NCBI GenBank assembly: GCA_036172245.1
Contig: JAYWIR010000020.1
Coordinates: 2,356,001-2,420,000, forward strand
Origin: Raillietiella orientalis
Taxonomy: Eukaryota
Reading direction: 5' to 3'
DNA: 64,000 bases
Below, piece by piece: positions 36,401 to 49,100 of the stretch. Both the position numbers and the translations under genes were made by a program. A model generated the notes under the pieces. It did not search any database, had not been told where the DNA came from, and saw nothing but the letters and a program-made list of their open reading frames with translations. Position 1 is the stretch's first letter; the number at the start of each line of letters is the position of its first letter.

Positions 36401-39400
36401 CGACTTGTTCCAGACAACTTCGTAGTGATAGCATGCCAGACGGATCATTCGGCAACTGTGAAACCGAAGGAGAGAAGCGGACGGTCACAAAGCAAAGGTT
36501 ATTTCTTAGGGTGATTGTCTTGGCATCAAGGTTGGAACTCGCATCCTGGTTCAATGAGCTGCGTTCAATGCGAATAGGAACTAAGGAAAACGAAGGCAAC
36601 AACAAAAATCTCAGCGGGAGCTAAGGAAAAAAAAAAAAAAAAAAGAATCTTCCAGGGGGACGCACGTCTTTTTTGATCGGAAAGAGATGCACGTCAGCTT
36701 CCGCGTTTTTGCGTGCGACATGAGAAAGGGATGATCGAAGCAAAAAAAAAGGGAGTTAATCTGGTGGGCCGGCTAGCATCCTGAGCTCACGTTTTTCCAC
36801 CTGCATCCCTATGTATCGATGATAGGGGAGGAAACTACAAATTGTAGCCACTGTTTCATTCATGTTTTCGAAAGAGAGCGACAGTTTTCATCCAACTTCC
36901 AATCTTGACACTTTATCTACCTCTCACTGTTTGAGGTCGCCACCCAAGAACAACCGATCTCGGTTGGGCCTGATGAATCTCCAGTACCGGCCCAGTTCCG
37001 GCTATCTCGCGGGGGCGATAAGTGCCTATTTGTGAAGCCCTATACATTAACAATATTGTCATATAATATATGACAATAACATCGTATGCTATATGACATT
37101 GAATTATAATACATGACTATCAAAATCGTTAACAGGTTTTTCGATGTTTCTTTAAAGTCTGCCGGCGCTCACAACCATCATCCTTATGTATCAGAACACT
37201 ACAATGTACACAAACAAAACACGTTCTGCTTCTTATGTCTTTTGATGCACATTGCTCTTTGGGAGGTTCAGCTTTCACGACTGGTCAGTATTCGTATAAG
37301 TTTATGCTACATCTCGACATATTAGTCAAACAAAACTCTTTATCCTCGCTATCTTGATCCGTTGGAAACGGTCAAGATTTTCAAATTTGTAAAGATATGG
37401 AGATATTATCGTACAGTTACTTACAAGTCAGTGTATAGTATGAATGCTTTACGAAACATCGAACAGGCCCCTCTGGCAGATGGACCTCGACAACCGTAAA
37501 GCCGGTTAATAGCCGCTATTGGTCCGTAAGCGTCGTCGTCGAAAAGCTTATTAATATGCTTCCGGGAGGAAAAGTGTTGAGGTACGGATGTAGTGTTTGG
37601 TGAATTCGGTTCTGGAGGGATTTGGCCTGAGATGAACTTCAGTGCTAGGCATGAGTTTCGTAGTAAAATGGAAGCCAGCGTCATCCAGAGTTGGGGCGAG
37701 GCCTTCGAAAACGATTCCATCAGAAGTAATTTTCACTATGAGGTCCTCCTTGCTGACGCATGCGTTGGATGCTGCATTCACGTCAATAAATCGTGTTTCC
37801 GTATTTCTCGCATGGCTGGAACACTAATCATTAATGAAGTGAGTATAATGCACCCTGTCATATCCATGCTGAGAAATGAGTGAGATGCGTTCTCATCGGG
37901 GACATAGATCTTCCTCTCACACCAACAGCGTGGATGGTGTTCTGACATTATCGATCTCTGGAGTTCACAGACACGAGTAACTTCGGGACGCCTTCGAAGA
38001 GGAGCGCCGGGGAGACCACTGGGGTTTCCGTTTCCCTGATTTTTGTTTCTAAATTGTGTTCAGCAGTGTTGGGTGTTGCCTTCCTCCTCAAAGCAGCACG
38101 GAATACGTGTCTGTGTAATCCCGCAACCTTCCGAGTAGGAAACTCACCCTTTCGCATCCCCAAGAGAAATATGGAGGAAGAAACACTTTCTTCCTTGCCC
38201 GTAAGGGATTCATTGCATTTCCTCTCGTGCTCGCGGCAGGAAAGGGGGGGACATTCGGGCTGGAACCTTCCAGCCCGAATGCTTATAAAGGGCAACGGCA
38301 ATCCTGTAAGTCGAGTTTCGGAGTCGAGAAGTCAGCCGGGGTCAAAAAAGTCCATAATTTGGCACTTTGGAGCGTTTCGAATCATGAATTTCATTCCTTG
38401 CTGGAGAAAGATCGTTTATCCCTCATCCTCCGACAAAACTCTGGTACCAGGATCGCCATTTTCCTCTCTGTGAGATCGGATCAGTGATCCAGCCAAGTTC
38501 CGGTGATGCTGGAACATCTGTTCAAAGCTGACCAACAACGCAAAGCTTGCCATACCAATCTTGCGCAATCCGGGACGATGCTGCAAGCCCTTCTCCTTTC
38601 CGATGTGCGCGATGGCTTTCTGTGTCCTCAGAAGAGCAAGGATTCTGTCGGCGGTAGGAAGATTCGAAACTGCTGCTCATCGTCCTCGGAACTTCGAGTG
38701 TTTTTCGGAACGCGTTCTTGCAAGGTCTTCATCGACGACAGGATCCACTCGAAACGGTCATCTTCTCGAACAGCTTCTCGGAACCTCGGAGTTTCTGAAG
38801 ATGCCTGACTTTTCGATTCACGAACACTTGAAGTTTTTCTGCAGAAAGATGTAAAAAGATGAAGGATGCAAGAAGAATCTTTCGCGAACTCGCATCAGCC
38901 AAAACGGTGAAATCGTTTTGTTCCACGAGCAATCATTTCTCCCAAGATTAAAATTATAAGGAGGAAGAAGGAAAAAAAATCTGGCGCAAGTCAACAGGCG
39001 AAAGTCACATCCCACCCGCTTTTGGAAAACAAAAAAAAAAAAAAACCGTTAGGGGCAAGATGTGATTTTTCCAAGAGAGTGTTTTTAATTAGGTGTTCGT
39101 CGGAACACATTGCACACGGAAGGCTTCCAGTTAGCAGGCAGCTTCACCAGGGTTATTGAAAGGATGCCCACGCTACGGTTCCAGACTCGCTGAATCCAGG
39201 CTCGTGTCGGCCACATCCGGTAAACACATAATTCATTTTGACAAATCTCGCCCGTAGCGACAAAAAGATCCGCTCGCAATGCTGCTACAAGTGAAACGGT
39301 TTTTTGAGATGTGGAAAACAACTTTTACTTCGGCCGCCGGAAGGCGGAAAACATAAACTCCAGACATCGAGTGGCAGGCCTGCATGCATACTCAAGATAG

Positions 39401-39774
39401 ATGGCGTTTTCACATGTACCGACGTCGTGTGTGGAAAATATTGAGCCATGCGAATTTCGCATGCATGCATGCCTCTAGCGATGCTTCCAGATCTTCACAG
39501 TTTAGCAGCTGCGCCTCCTGTTCGGTTCGTGGAAGAGCGCCCGGGCTTCTTCGATTCCCCGTTTTAGCCCAGGAGACCGAACGGAGGACGGCAGTTACGA
39601 GAGTGGCTTGACGTGGAGTCTTCGGCATCCCTTTTCCGCAAATCCTTACTCTCCTGTTGCGGGCTCTCCTTTGAGCTGCATTCCTCTTTTCCATCCTCCT
39701 GCGCCGAATCTCCGCATCTCTTCCTGGATTCCCGATTTTCGCGCATTCCGATTCGAAGCTTCCCATCTGGGAGA

Positions 39775-39990
39775 CAAACGGTACTTCAGCACTTGGCGAA
39801 CCGAAACCAGAAAAAAAAAAAAAGCCGTGAAGATAGCAGCGGGAACAAACGAATCCCCAAAGGATCAGCTGAACTCTCGTCAAGACGGAAGAATTTCCGT
39901 GGAACTAAATTGTCCTCTGTGATCTCTTATCTGTTCTGGGACCCCAAGGTGAAACAGCAGTACCCTCTTCCTGCCTCTACATCTTGAAAG
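39775..39990 (+). mobile_element. Non-LTR EN-RT linker fragment (close relative of 50005-50310)
   Basis: cagcacttggcgaacc...gcagcgggaacaaa...gtgatctc...ccccaag alignable with 50091-50305 and, more weakly, with the reverse complement of 19.8 kb. Confidence 0.65.
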
Positions 39991-40162
39991 TCTTCTGATG
40001 CTCGAAATCCAACACTGAGGGATAGGGAGTTCCTCTAAAGTGTTAGGGAGAGCTCAGTTTTGGGCTGCTTATAAACAGCTCCGAACCGAGGTCCAGAGGC
40101 GTTGTCGACTACTTTCATCAGCAGGTGCTACTCGGAGACCGGGATGGATTCATGGATAGCCC

Positions 40163-40325
40163 TGGTTCGTATGGAAATCTCCAGAACCAATCTCCAAGCA
40201 TTCTTTGATCAATGAACAGCTATACGTTTCGGTAGAAGTAGAGGATGTCAGGTCATCACAGAGTCGAGTTGTCCTGAATCTTCGTCTCGTTGCTGGACAT
40301 GCGTTCTTCAACGAGATGGACCAGT
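40163..40325. repeat. Dispersed ~160-bp repeat, copy 1 (copy 2 at 45888-46062); identity unknown
   Basis: ggttcgtatggaa...aatctccaagca...gtttcggtag...cctgaatcttcgtctcgt...gagatggacc is present at both loci in the same orientation. Confidence 0.8.
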
Positions 40326-41509
40326 CTTACCAGATTTTCGTTCCAGCCGCCAAAGGATTTTTTTCCTCGGCAGAAGCTGCTATGGGAGGAAGATAGAAAT
40401 CGAAGCCATCTGTTCCTCGTGCTTTGCACATCTCCAGTGTTTATCGACCCCGACAATCCAAGGTAGGGCAGCACACTGCAGAATGATGCTAGTAAAAGCA
40501 TCGACCGGGCTTCTTCATAGCGACCATTAATGTCAGGCAGATCCATGACTCAGACTCGCAAAGAGCGCTAGTGTTGTTGTTTTTTTGTTGTTGTTGCTTT
40601 TTGACTGTTTCGCTCTTCGTCTTCTCCTTCGAAGTTCAGATTCCATATTCCTACTGGACAGCAGTTTTTTGCGCTCCTTCCTTCCCATGACAACCAGCTC
40701 CAAGCATTCGTTCCTTTCCTCGCCACACTCCGAGCTCCCTAACTTTCAGGAGACACGCGAAAACGGGAAGCGAAGGTCAAAAGCAAAAAGACCGAAGCCA
40801 ATAGGGAAAAATCATCTCTCTCTATAAGAAGGAATCAGGGTCCATTCCAATAAAAGGAAGGCAGATCCAGCATCCAGGATGCCTGCTAAAAAGGAAACAA
40901 GCGAAGAACTCAAGAGATGCTAATAGAGCCTGTTTGTGAGGGAAAGAGGGAGGGAGGGAGGAGGAGACTGCAAATCAGCAGCGCTCGTTGTCCGCCTGTC
41001 TGGGATTCCTGCGTCCCGTGAGAAAGCTTTCAACCCCCCCCCCCACCCACCCACCATGGGTGTCTCAGTAATACCCTTGAGGGAACTGTAGTTTGTCTTG
41101 CGATGATCCAGGAGCAGTCTCCATGCAGAACTGGCAGCTGCGTGCTCCGGGCGCCCCAGCGTGCAAGCGACCAGTGGCAGCACGGAATGAGCTTCAGAGC
41201 AGCTCGAGAGAACTTTGAAGATCCCCTCGAGGGAGTCTTTCTGAGAATTTGTCTTTGCCTCGGAAGATGTGGGCGGGTCGACCGGGTAGTGGTCAACGCA
41301 TCCCCCTCCTCCATGTTTTTGCTGCCCGACTCACACACCCTCCTGCTCAAGAGCCAAGAGTCCAATGGTCCACTCTCGTTCCCTGTTCATTTCCTTATTG
41401 GTCTTTCCACCCTTCCCTTCATCCCAGTTCTGCCCCCAGAGAGCCAGTGACCCCTCTGCTTTTCCTCGGTCACATGTCTCGGACCCCTAACGGAATGGAT
41501 TTTATTTAT

Positions 41510-42430
41510 TCACGTCGCAAAAATTGCCCGGCGACCCCAGATGGGGCGGGGCCGCGGAAGCTGAGCGTCGGTTTCCTTGGTTTTCCGAGGCGGAGCGGTC
41601 AATGGAGCTGGCGCTTCGCCTCCTCTGTGAGAGGGAGCCGCTCGGCGGAGGCGGTAACGTGGGACTCATTCGGATCGGCTCAGTGAGTGACAGATCTGGG
41701 ACACGCGCGAGCACAGCTCGCCTCCTTCCTTCGTCCGCGCTCATCCAAGACGCGTCCAGCGCGGCGCAAGCACGGGGATGAACTGTGTGATCGTCTCCGG
41801 CGCGGTGCAGTTTTAAAGGAGACGCCCTTTCTGATTGCCAAGTGAGGCTCGAGGATCGCGGAGGCAGCCGTGCGGGAAAGCCATCGAAGGGGTACATGCT
41901 GGAGGAGCCTCCAGATTAACTTCGATGAGGAGCCGATAAGGATGCAGCCACCTAGGTGGAGGTAACCTCCCTGTCCTTTTTTTGTCTTTGTTTTTTCCCT
42001 ATTGGACTTCACTGCTGCTAACCACGGGGTTGCTTTCAACCGGCGCTATCGTCTTGCGAGAAAACAATGCTGTCGGCTGAAATCCTCTTCAGATTCGAGG
42101 GTGTATTTCTCGAGCACGTGTACCAGGACGCCTTCCATGTTGCGTGGGTGGTCTCAGTCTGATCTTTCGGGCAAGTGCTCACTTTGCTGCTGCTGCTGTT
42201 TTTCTCTTCCAACTTTTTTCTTCGTCTTTTGCTTTGGCTGTCGGCCAGAAGGACCAAACACGGGGCGGGGAGCGCGTTTGCTCCAGAGAAGTCGAGGGGT
42301 CGCGCGAGAAGCTACCCTCCCGACAGGAAGACCCTTCCCAAAGCACGTGGAAAAAATGCTCCGAATTCGAAATAATTGCGCGATCGCGGGAAGATTCGCA
42401 GCTGTTGTCTGGGTAACCGACAGATGAACC
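41510..42430 (-). mobile_element. Decayed L1/Tx1-type EN-RT linker fragment reaching the RT N-terminal edge
   Basis: KRRRKKLEEK similar to the 19.8 kb copy; MEGVLV; AVLARVPDLSLTEPI (L..vP.ls..L..PI pattern); GP..SGVAGQF (resembles PG.DG...F). Confidence 0.5.
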
Positions 42431-43589
42431 GTCCCAGTGATCATCACCGTAATCATACTCTTGGCAAGTTTGGTTTCACAAAGTACTAAATAACTCGAAA
42501 AAACAAAAATGTCAAAACAAAAGAAAGCTAAAAAAAACCAGCGCGTATATATCAAAATTAAAGTGAGCAAGCTGAAACCTTGTGCACCCGAATAAAAAGT
42601 GACGATTGAATAAATAATTCATCGGGTCGCTGGATGCTTCAGACTGCTTCAGGTAGTCCCATAGCGAGAGGTTGGAGTCCACTAGTTCATTAATCTTTAA
42701 TGAACTTGCCTTTCCAGTTTTCACCGAGTGTATCCGCCTTGACATTTATGGTTAACAGAAGCATCTGGCAACACTTTCCCCTTTGCTTTCCAAGCTGCCA
42801 GCCGATTCTTGCTTCTGGTAGCACTCGAGGAAGAATGGGATTCAGCTCTCGTTTCGTGCGTGGATCGTGCGCCTGAGATCCCTGAAATCGGACAGCCTTC
42901 CTCGTTTCGTAGAAGAGGGACGCAGCGCTGGTTACTTGCTTTCATGTTTCGCGGCGAAGAATCACAGACGACAAGGTGCTTCCCTCCGGTTGCCCTCAGA
43001 CTCCATTTTTCCTCTGTGGCCAATACAGGAAGGGAAGGGTTCCCCAAGGAGCATGCGAAAACTTGGCAAGTGCAGACACGTACGAACTGTCCAGAGTTCT
43101 TTTCTCGATCCTCTTCACCACGAGTCGCCCGTCATCTAATGTCATCATCTTCAGTCTTCAGTTACGAAGAGCGGGTTTCGGCAAGAAGCAGCGGAAATTC
43201 GAAATGCATCGGCTATCAGGAGCAATTAATTTCCAACTTCGTTATTCCAATCAAACTGCTAGGCTGGATGATGACTCCCTTGGTCCACCATGACAGTGCA
43301 AAGTGATTACAGTAAATAACTAAAAAAAAAAAATTGGAAACGATCAGCGAGGAATTCATCACGATGACGGCTCTTTGATAGTCATCCACTCGGAGAATGA
43401 TTCGGCAAAGTTTCGAGCGAAGAACTCGGGGACACATAAGCGTTGAGATCACTCTTGGCCAGCTGTGGAAAAATACAGGAAATCCAGGACTCTATAGGAC
43501 GCTGACGTGGAAACTTCCTTCAGCTCCTGCTCGGCTACAAGTGCTGCAATGCTGGCTTCAAGACGCGAACCGTGCCGGGGTCACGAAGA

Positions 43590-44200
43590 CCAAAGAGCTC
43601 CGTCTTGTGTCCGTTGCTCTGTTCATGAATGCATGGAAACGAAACCTTCTGTTTGAAAAGAGCTACTTGCTCAGCGTTCTTTGTATCCGTATGGAGATGA
43701 CCTCGGGTTCCCGCACTGTACGTACTTGGCAACAAATGTCGAACGTTCTCGGTATCTCATGAATTAATGGATCTAAAGATCAGCCCCGTTTCACCCACAA
43801 ATCACTTTGCTTCGTTCGGCCCTCTTTAGTGGGCAGCGCCAAAATCAGAAGAATGAGCAAATTTTTCACGAACCTTTCCATGAGAAACGAAGCTCCGCTC
43901 TTCCTCGAGGCGGTTCCGTTCAACCTTTGGTTGAATTTTACGGTCTGAATTTGAACCTGCACTTTCCCAAGAACGGCGTCGTATCCAAGGAGACGAGAAC
44001 GGAATCGAGCTTGAAAAATCGACGGAAACTATTCGAAAACAGTTAGCTGACATCCAACCGGGAAAAAACTCCATGAAGTCTAATCTGGTGGCCATCTGAA
44101 TCCAGAAATAGGTCGGCTTTTAGCACTGCTCCTATTCGCATCTACCATGTGGCGTTGAATTTTGTCTTCGGTTCTGTTTTTACGTATGCCCGGTTGGAAA
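43590..44200 (+). pseudogene. Possible gustatory-receptor-like last exons (TM7 region)
   Basis: LFMNAWKRNLLFEKSYLLSV and, downstream, FVFGSVFTYA resemble the split TM7 TY motif of arthropod gustatory receptors; splice sites and the conserved Q are not intact. Confidence 0.3.
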
Positions 44201-44370
44201 ACGGAAAATTCGATGCTGCTTATGATTTGAGAGAAAAACATCATGGAGAAGCAATGAGAAGGAACTCTCGTGAAGAACAAGATGCAAGAAGACATGCGGT
44301 ATTAAAATTCCGGCTTATGCTTCAGGATGGTTGGGAGGCTAAGGGTTTGCACACTGTCTCGTAAGTTTGA

Positions 44371-45302
44371 CGCTAGAAGGGTAACGTGGCGTCATGGCGT
44401 CATAGGAACCCAAATGTGCCGATTCTCTGCTGTGGTCCGTGTTGCGAGGACGCCGCCCCAGCTACCTGTGACCTTCAGCGTGCCTGCGGTCGCAATTGCG
44501 GGTTGATCTCGTTTCCTTTGGTGTCCGACTGTGTCGTGTGCGTCACCTTCTTTTTCTTTTACGCTACACGTGAAAATGTGCATCCATGGCCTCTGGTAAT
44601 GGAATCTCCACACAAAGTGAATTGGGAGGGCTGGTTGGGCGCCATGGGAGAGGAGGAACCAATTGGGAAGAGTTTTCATCTGATGAAGACCAAGGTTCAG
44701 ATGACGGAAATTCGGAAGCAGAGAGCGCACAAGGGGATGAAAGATTTTCAGCTGATGAAAGCGATGCGGATGAAAACTTTGCGAGTTTTTTATGGAACTG
44801 TTAGACGGGGCCGGGATAGGTTCGTACGTGGTGTCCATTGCCAACCACCTCGGAGATCCAAATTACCCAGTTATTTCCAGAAAACTGTTCCTTCGACCTA
44901 CCAGCTTGTAACACCTCACATGGAACGCCCGTTGCAATGCAGAAATTCGCTCCGTTCTTTGCGAAATTCCATTGCATCGGCACTGAATAAAGAAGATCTG
45001 AGGTCCCAAGAGGTTTCCACGACAACCTTTGACCGTCGATAAGCGCTGCGAAATGCGCCCACGTTCCGGAAAGAAAGGGAAAGGTGTGCCTGTCGCCCAA
45101 AATTCACCTGTGCCCAACACCGAACATCTTCATGTTGCCAATGCGCAAACAACTCACATAATGATTTGTAAAGATGATTGTAATTCATTAACAAAATGCT
45201 CAAATGCTCACGAAAAATTATTGAATGCTTATAATTATTTTGATTGGTGTCCTGTGTGACACCACGTAGCCATTTATGCACGAAATCGTTACCCTTCTAG
45301 GG
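44371..45302 (+). mobile_element. Internally deleted piggyBac DNA transposon
   Basis: 16-bp TIRs cgctagaagggtaacg / cgttacccttctaggg (15/16 match). TTAA right flank and TTGA left flank. Acidic N-terminal tract EEFSSDEDQGSDD...DESDADE and C-terminal Cys-rich KRCEM...CACRPKFTCAQH...CCQC; DDD core absent. Confidence 0.9.
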
Positions 45303-45887
45303 TTAATTCCAGTTTATGCTTCAGGATAATTGGAAGGCTAAGAGTTTGCACACAGTCTCTCGCAAGTTTAATATTGAACGACGCAGAATGCAGGAAGCAA
45401 CTCCAGGTGCACTTCAGGTGCCTCCAATGCGAAACTCTCGGAACTTCATGCTCATCTTCAGATCTCTTTAGCACATCTTCGGGAAAGTATACCATCTAGG
45501 TAGTTTCGGTGACCAGCTTTCAATTCATGAGAGTCCATCTGGGCGCAGTGGGCGTCTTTCGGGGATCCTTGAAACCTGATTTTCTTGTCCAGTTCTGCAA
45601 TAGCTCTCTGTGTTTGTCAAAAGTAGTACAGCATAATCTAAGGGTTGTCGCATCAAATTCCATCCATTGGTGCATATGTGATTTGCTCCTAAGTCAGCTA
45701 CCCTTCTTGCAGGTAGCAATTATTATTCGGAGTAATTAAATCACAAATAAGAGACAACAATTATTAGAGGCGATTAAGATCTTCAGACTTGTGGTCGAAA
45801 AGGGGTAATCAGCGGAGGTTTCCAGAGGAGGTGCCAACTGCCTTCGGTAGCCGGATATTGCTTGGAGACGAAATTCATGGGTAGCAT

Positions 45888-46062
45888 TGGTTCGCATGGA
45901 AGCCTCCAGAGTTAATCTCCAAGCAATCTTTGATCAATGAAATTCCTGTGGGAAACAGCTATAAGTTTCGGTAGGAGTAGAGGATGCCAGGTCACCACAG
46001 AGCTGAGTTCTCCTGAATCTTCGTCTCGTCTCTCGACATGCGTTCTGCAGCGAGATGGACCG
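45888..46062. repeat. Dispersed repeat, copy 2 of 40163-40325
   Basis: Direct alignment, with a short extra segment in this copy. Confidence 0.8.
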
Positions 46063-46099
46063 ATTTCGAATTTGTTCTCGCATTTCATCTAAACTTCCT

Positions 46100-46187
46100 A
46101 CATTGCGGACTTTTGCACCTCATTGCTAGGAAATCCGAGGGACATCTTAAGCGATGCAAAGGATCTCCAAGAGAAGGCGAAATCATG
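46100..46187. repeat. Short diverged duplicate of 48010-48096
   Basis: cattgc...catt...gagggacatct.aag.gatgcaa shared in the same orientation. Confidence 0.6.
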
Positions 46188-49100
46188 ATGAGGAGAGACT
46201 GGGCTTGGTCGCGATGCAAAGTAAGTACAAAGTAAGATTTCTGAGGAGAAAGAAATCGGGCATCTCCCAGGCAAAAGACAGTGTTCTGAAAGGCATGTTT
46301 GAGGAAAAGATCTTTCACGTGGAGCGGAAAACGAAAATTAGAATCCGAAACGAAGTTCGGACCGATCGCTAATGCAGGCGGATGTCGAGCCACTGCTCGA
46401 CTTTAACGGGTTGTTTTCTCCGAGTGAAGGTGTTTATGAGAGTTCTTCCGAATAAGCGCATCAACTGAGGCGAGTAAATTCATGGAGCTCCGAATTCTCG
46501 CCTTTTCAGGAGTAGCGTATCAGATGGATCCGTTAATCGAGATGTGCTGCTGCAGTGATTGCTCTCACATTTCCGGAGTTTTTTGCTCCGATGAGAGTGC
46601 GTAGCAAAGCTGCGGCACCGGTGGTGAATTCGTGCTGAGCTGGGTACCATGAGATTTTGATGCTCACTTTCTGCATCCCCTTTTTTGTCAATGTCAGAGC
46701 ATCCGAGGAAAGCAGGATGGTTCTCTAAGCTGCTGTACCAAGGAGCAGGGAGCGGGTTCCGCTTCCGACTGCTTCACTGGTACTCATCTGCTTCTAATTT
46801 GGAGAAGCCGCGAAAAGAATTCCCCCAGAGATCGAATTTTCATTAAGACTGCTTACAGAAAAATTTTCGAGAGAGGGATAGCCGAAGGGTCCATCATCTC
46901 GAGAGATTCGTCGATCGTATTTGGTAACTGGTGCCTCATGTGAATACGATCAGTACTCTTGAGATGAAACAACACTCACATCCATCTTTTTGGAGAAAGA
47001 AAACACTCCGAATTGGTTGATCTTTATCAATGCATAATTTTATTCTGTCGACGAAAACTTCTTATTGCATCCATGCATATTATAGGTGCATGCAGCAGTC
47101 TTGAACACATGTGAAGAAACAGGCAGTCCCGGCGTCGAAATTCCGTGTCGTTGGTACACCGTTTAAAACAAAATTTGTGGAGATTTGAGACTCAAAAGGC
47201 GAACTAGTGACCTAATCGAAAGTTTTTTTCGGACAGCCGCGAAAGAGCCAGCGTTTCCTCAACAGCATCCCGTTCGAAAATGACACGCGACCTTTGGCCT
47301 AGTTTTCGAGTGTTCCTTCCCTGGAAAGTCAGAGGTTGAGTTCACCATGTCGCTTCCTGCAGGCTGGCCCATGCAGCCTGCTCATGGTGCACATCGTTCT
47401 CGATTCTTCTCTCCGTCCGACCGGAAGGTTGGAGTCGCACCTCCAGAAATCTGCCCTTTCGGCCGTGATCCGGTAGCAAGCAATCAAGGCCTTGCTGGAG
47501 CTGCACATTCGCTCCAACTCACCTCCCTGCTTGCCAGTGGTTCTCCCGGCTCGCAGACGGTACGGAGAACCGCAGAAATAATCCTCCCGAAGGTTGTTCT
47601 GAGCAGTAAATCTGGCGTGTATGCCGAAAGATTTCATGCGCGCCGGCTGGAGTGTAAGAAACACTCGAACAGGAAAATTGCGAAATGCACCTTCGCTATG
47701 GAACCAGCGAACACAGAGGTTCTCCCTTTCTCGACCATTTGAGATTTCAGCTTCGAGGAACACCCATTTGATAGCGAGAGGTCTGGACCTTCATTCAGCT
47801 CACAATGCTTCGTCAGGATCTTTGGTACAGTATGATCACCACAATGCCTAATGTGCAAAGTAGGCCTTGGTACCAACTCGAAAAGATTTTTCTCGTCTTT
47901 TTGAGTTGGTGCTTTGGATTTCATATTCTTGGATTGCTTCATTTCTGAGAAATCTGAGTCTCGGGTGCGGATCTGCAGCAGTCAGTTGGAATTTGTTTCC
48001 GCAATCCGGCATTGCATGCTTTGGAACATCATTTCTGGGAATGTCTGAGGGACATCTCAAGGGATGCAAGAGATTTCGAGGAAGGCCGAATCACCATCTA
48101 ACCTTGGTAACGATGCAAAACTCAAGTTACATTCAATGTCACTGACGGTGGGATGATCCCTTTACTTGTGAGTTTTCAATGACTTGGTTGCTACCTGATA
48201 AAATTCCAAGCATGATGAATATGTGGAGGAATGCACTCTTCATCGAAGGAAGCCCAAGAAAGACTGCTCCAATGAAAGGATTGCCGTTTAGACTCAATTC
48301 GTGTCTTCCAGGACTCGGCCGGTCAATCAGCTATCTCATCACAAGGCGATTTTTTTTATTCACAGCGCGTGGATTTTTGTAGCACTCTCTTGGAAATCGC
48401 ATCCGCATCCGGTTGATTCGAGAAAAATGCCTTTTTCAAATTCGGATCAAATTCGAAAAGGTCAAGATCGGTGTGCAATTTTTTTTCCCAATCTTATCCT
48501 TCGATTTCTGTGAATCAGAATTAGAATCCGGGTCAATTTTATTAACCTCGATCAAAAAGACATAGCTAATTTGATTGAATGAGTGAGCAAATTCCTTCAT
48601 CCCAAAGTGTTGAACCCTTTTGGCTGGACATTCGAGCTCTTCCTATCTTGTTCCCATTCTCATAAGTTGTCACCGCACGAGATCCATCGTTAGAGGGGAA
48701 AATTCCCTCTTTGTAGGTCTGCAGGCATTCGAACTGACTCGATTCCGCCTTGGAAGTTTGGGTTCTGCGTACTTTTTTATTTTTTTCCTGCTTCTGCATT
48801 TGATGGATTTCGAAGCTCTTAGCTGCTATCTCTCAAGTGGAAAGCATTTTCAACAGTATCGTCGGATCTTCTTCCACCATCATATCAACCTTACTGTTAA
48901 TTCTCACACTTAATCCTTTCATTGATGTTTCCACTGCATCGCATTCCTTTCACCGAATTCCTCGGGAACCTCTCTTGCCTTACCAGGCAGCTCTTCCATG
49001 TTTCCATGTTCAAGTATAATTGTTCCATAACGAATGGTCCTTCGTCTTTAAGTGGGTGAAACTTTTCTTGTAATGCACCTTTTTGAACTCAACGATCTCA

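Noticed and set aside
36930..37045. Hammerhead-like CTGATGA next to the hairpin aaccga-tc-tcggtt
   Set aside because: The required GAAA and stem III/cleavage-site pairing are not present (GATA instead, no complementary arm)
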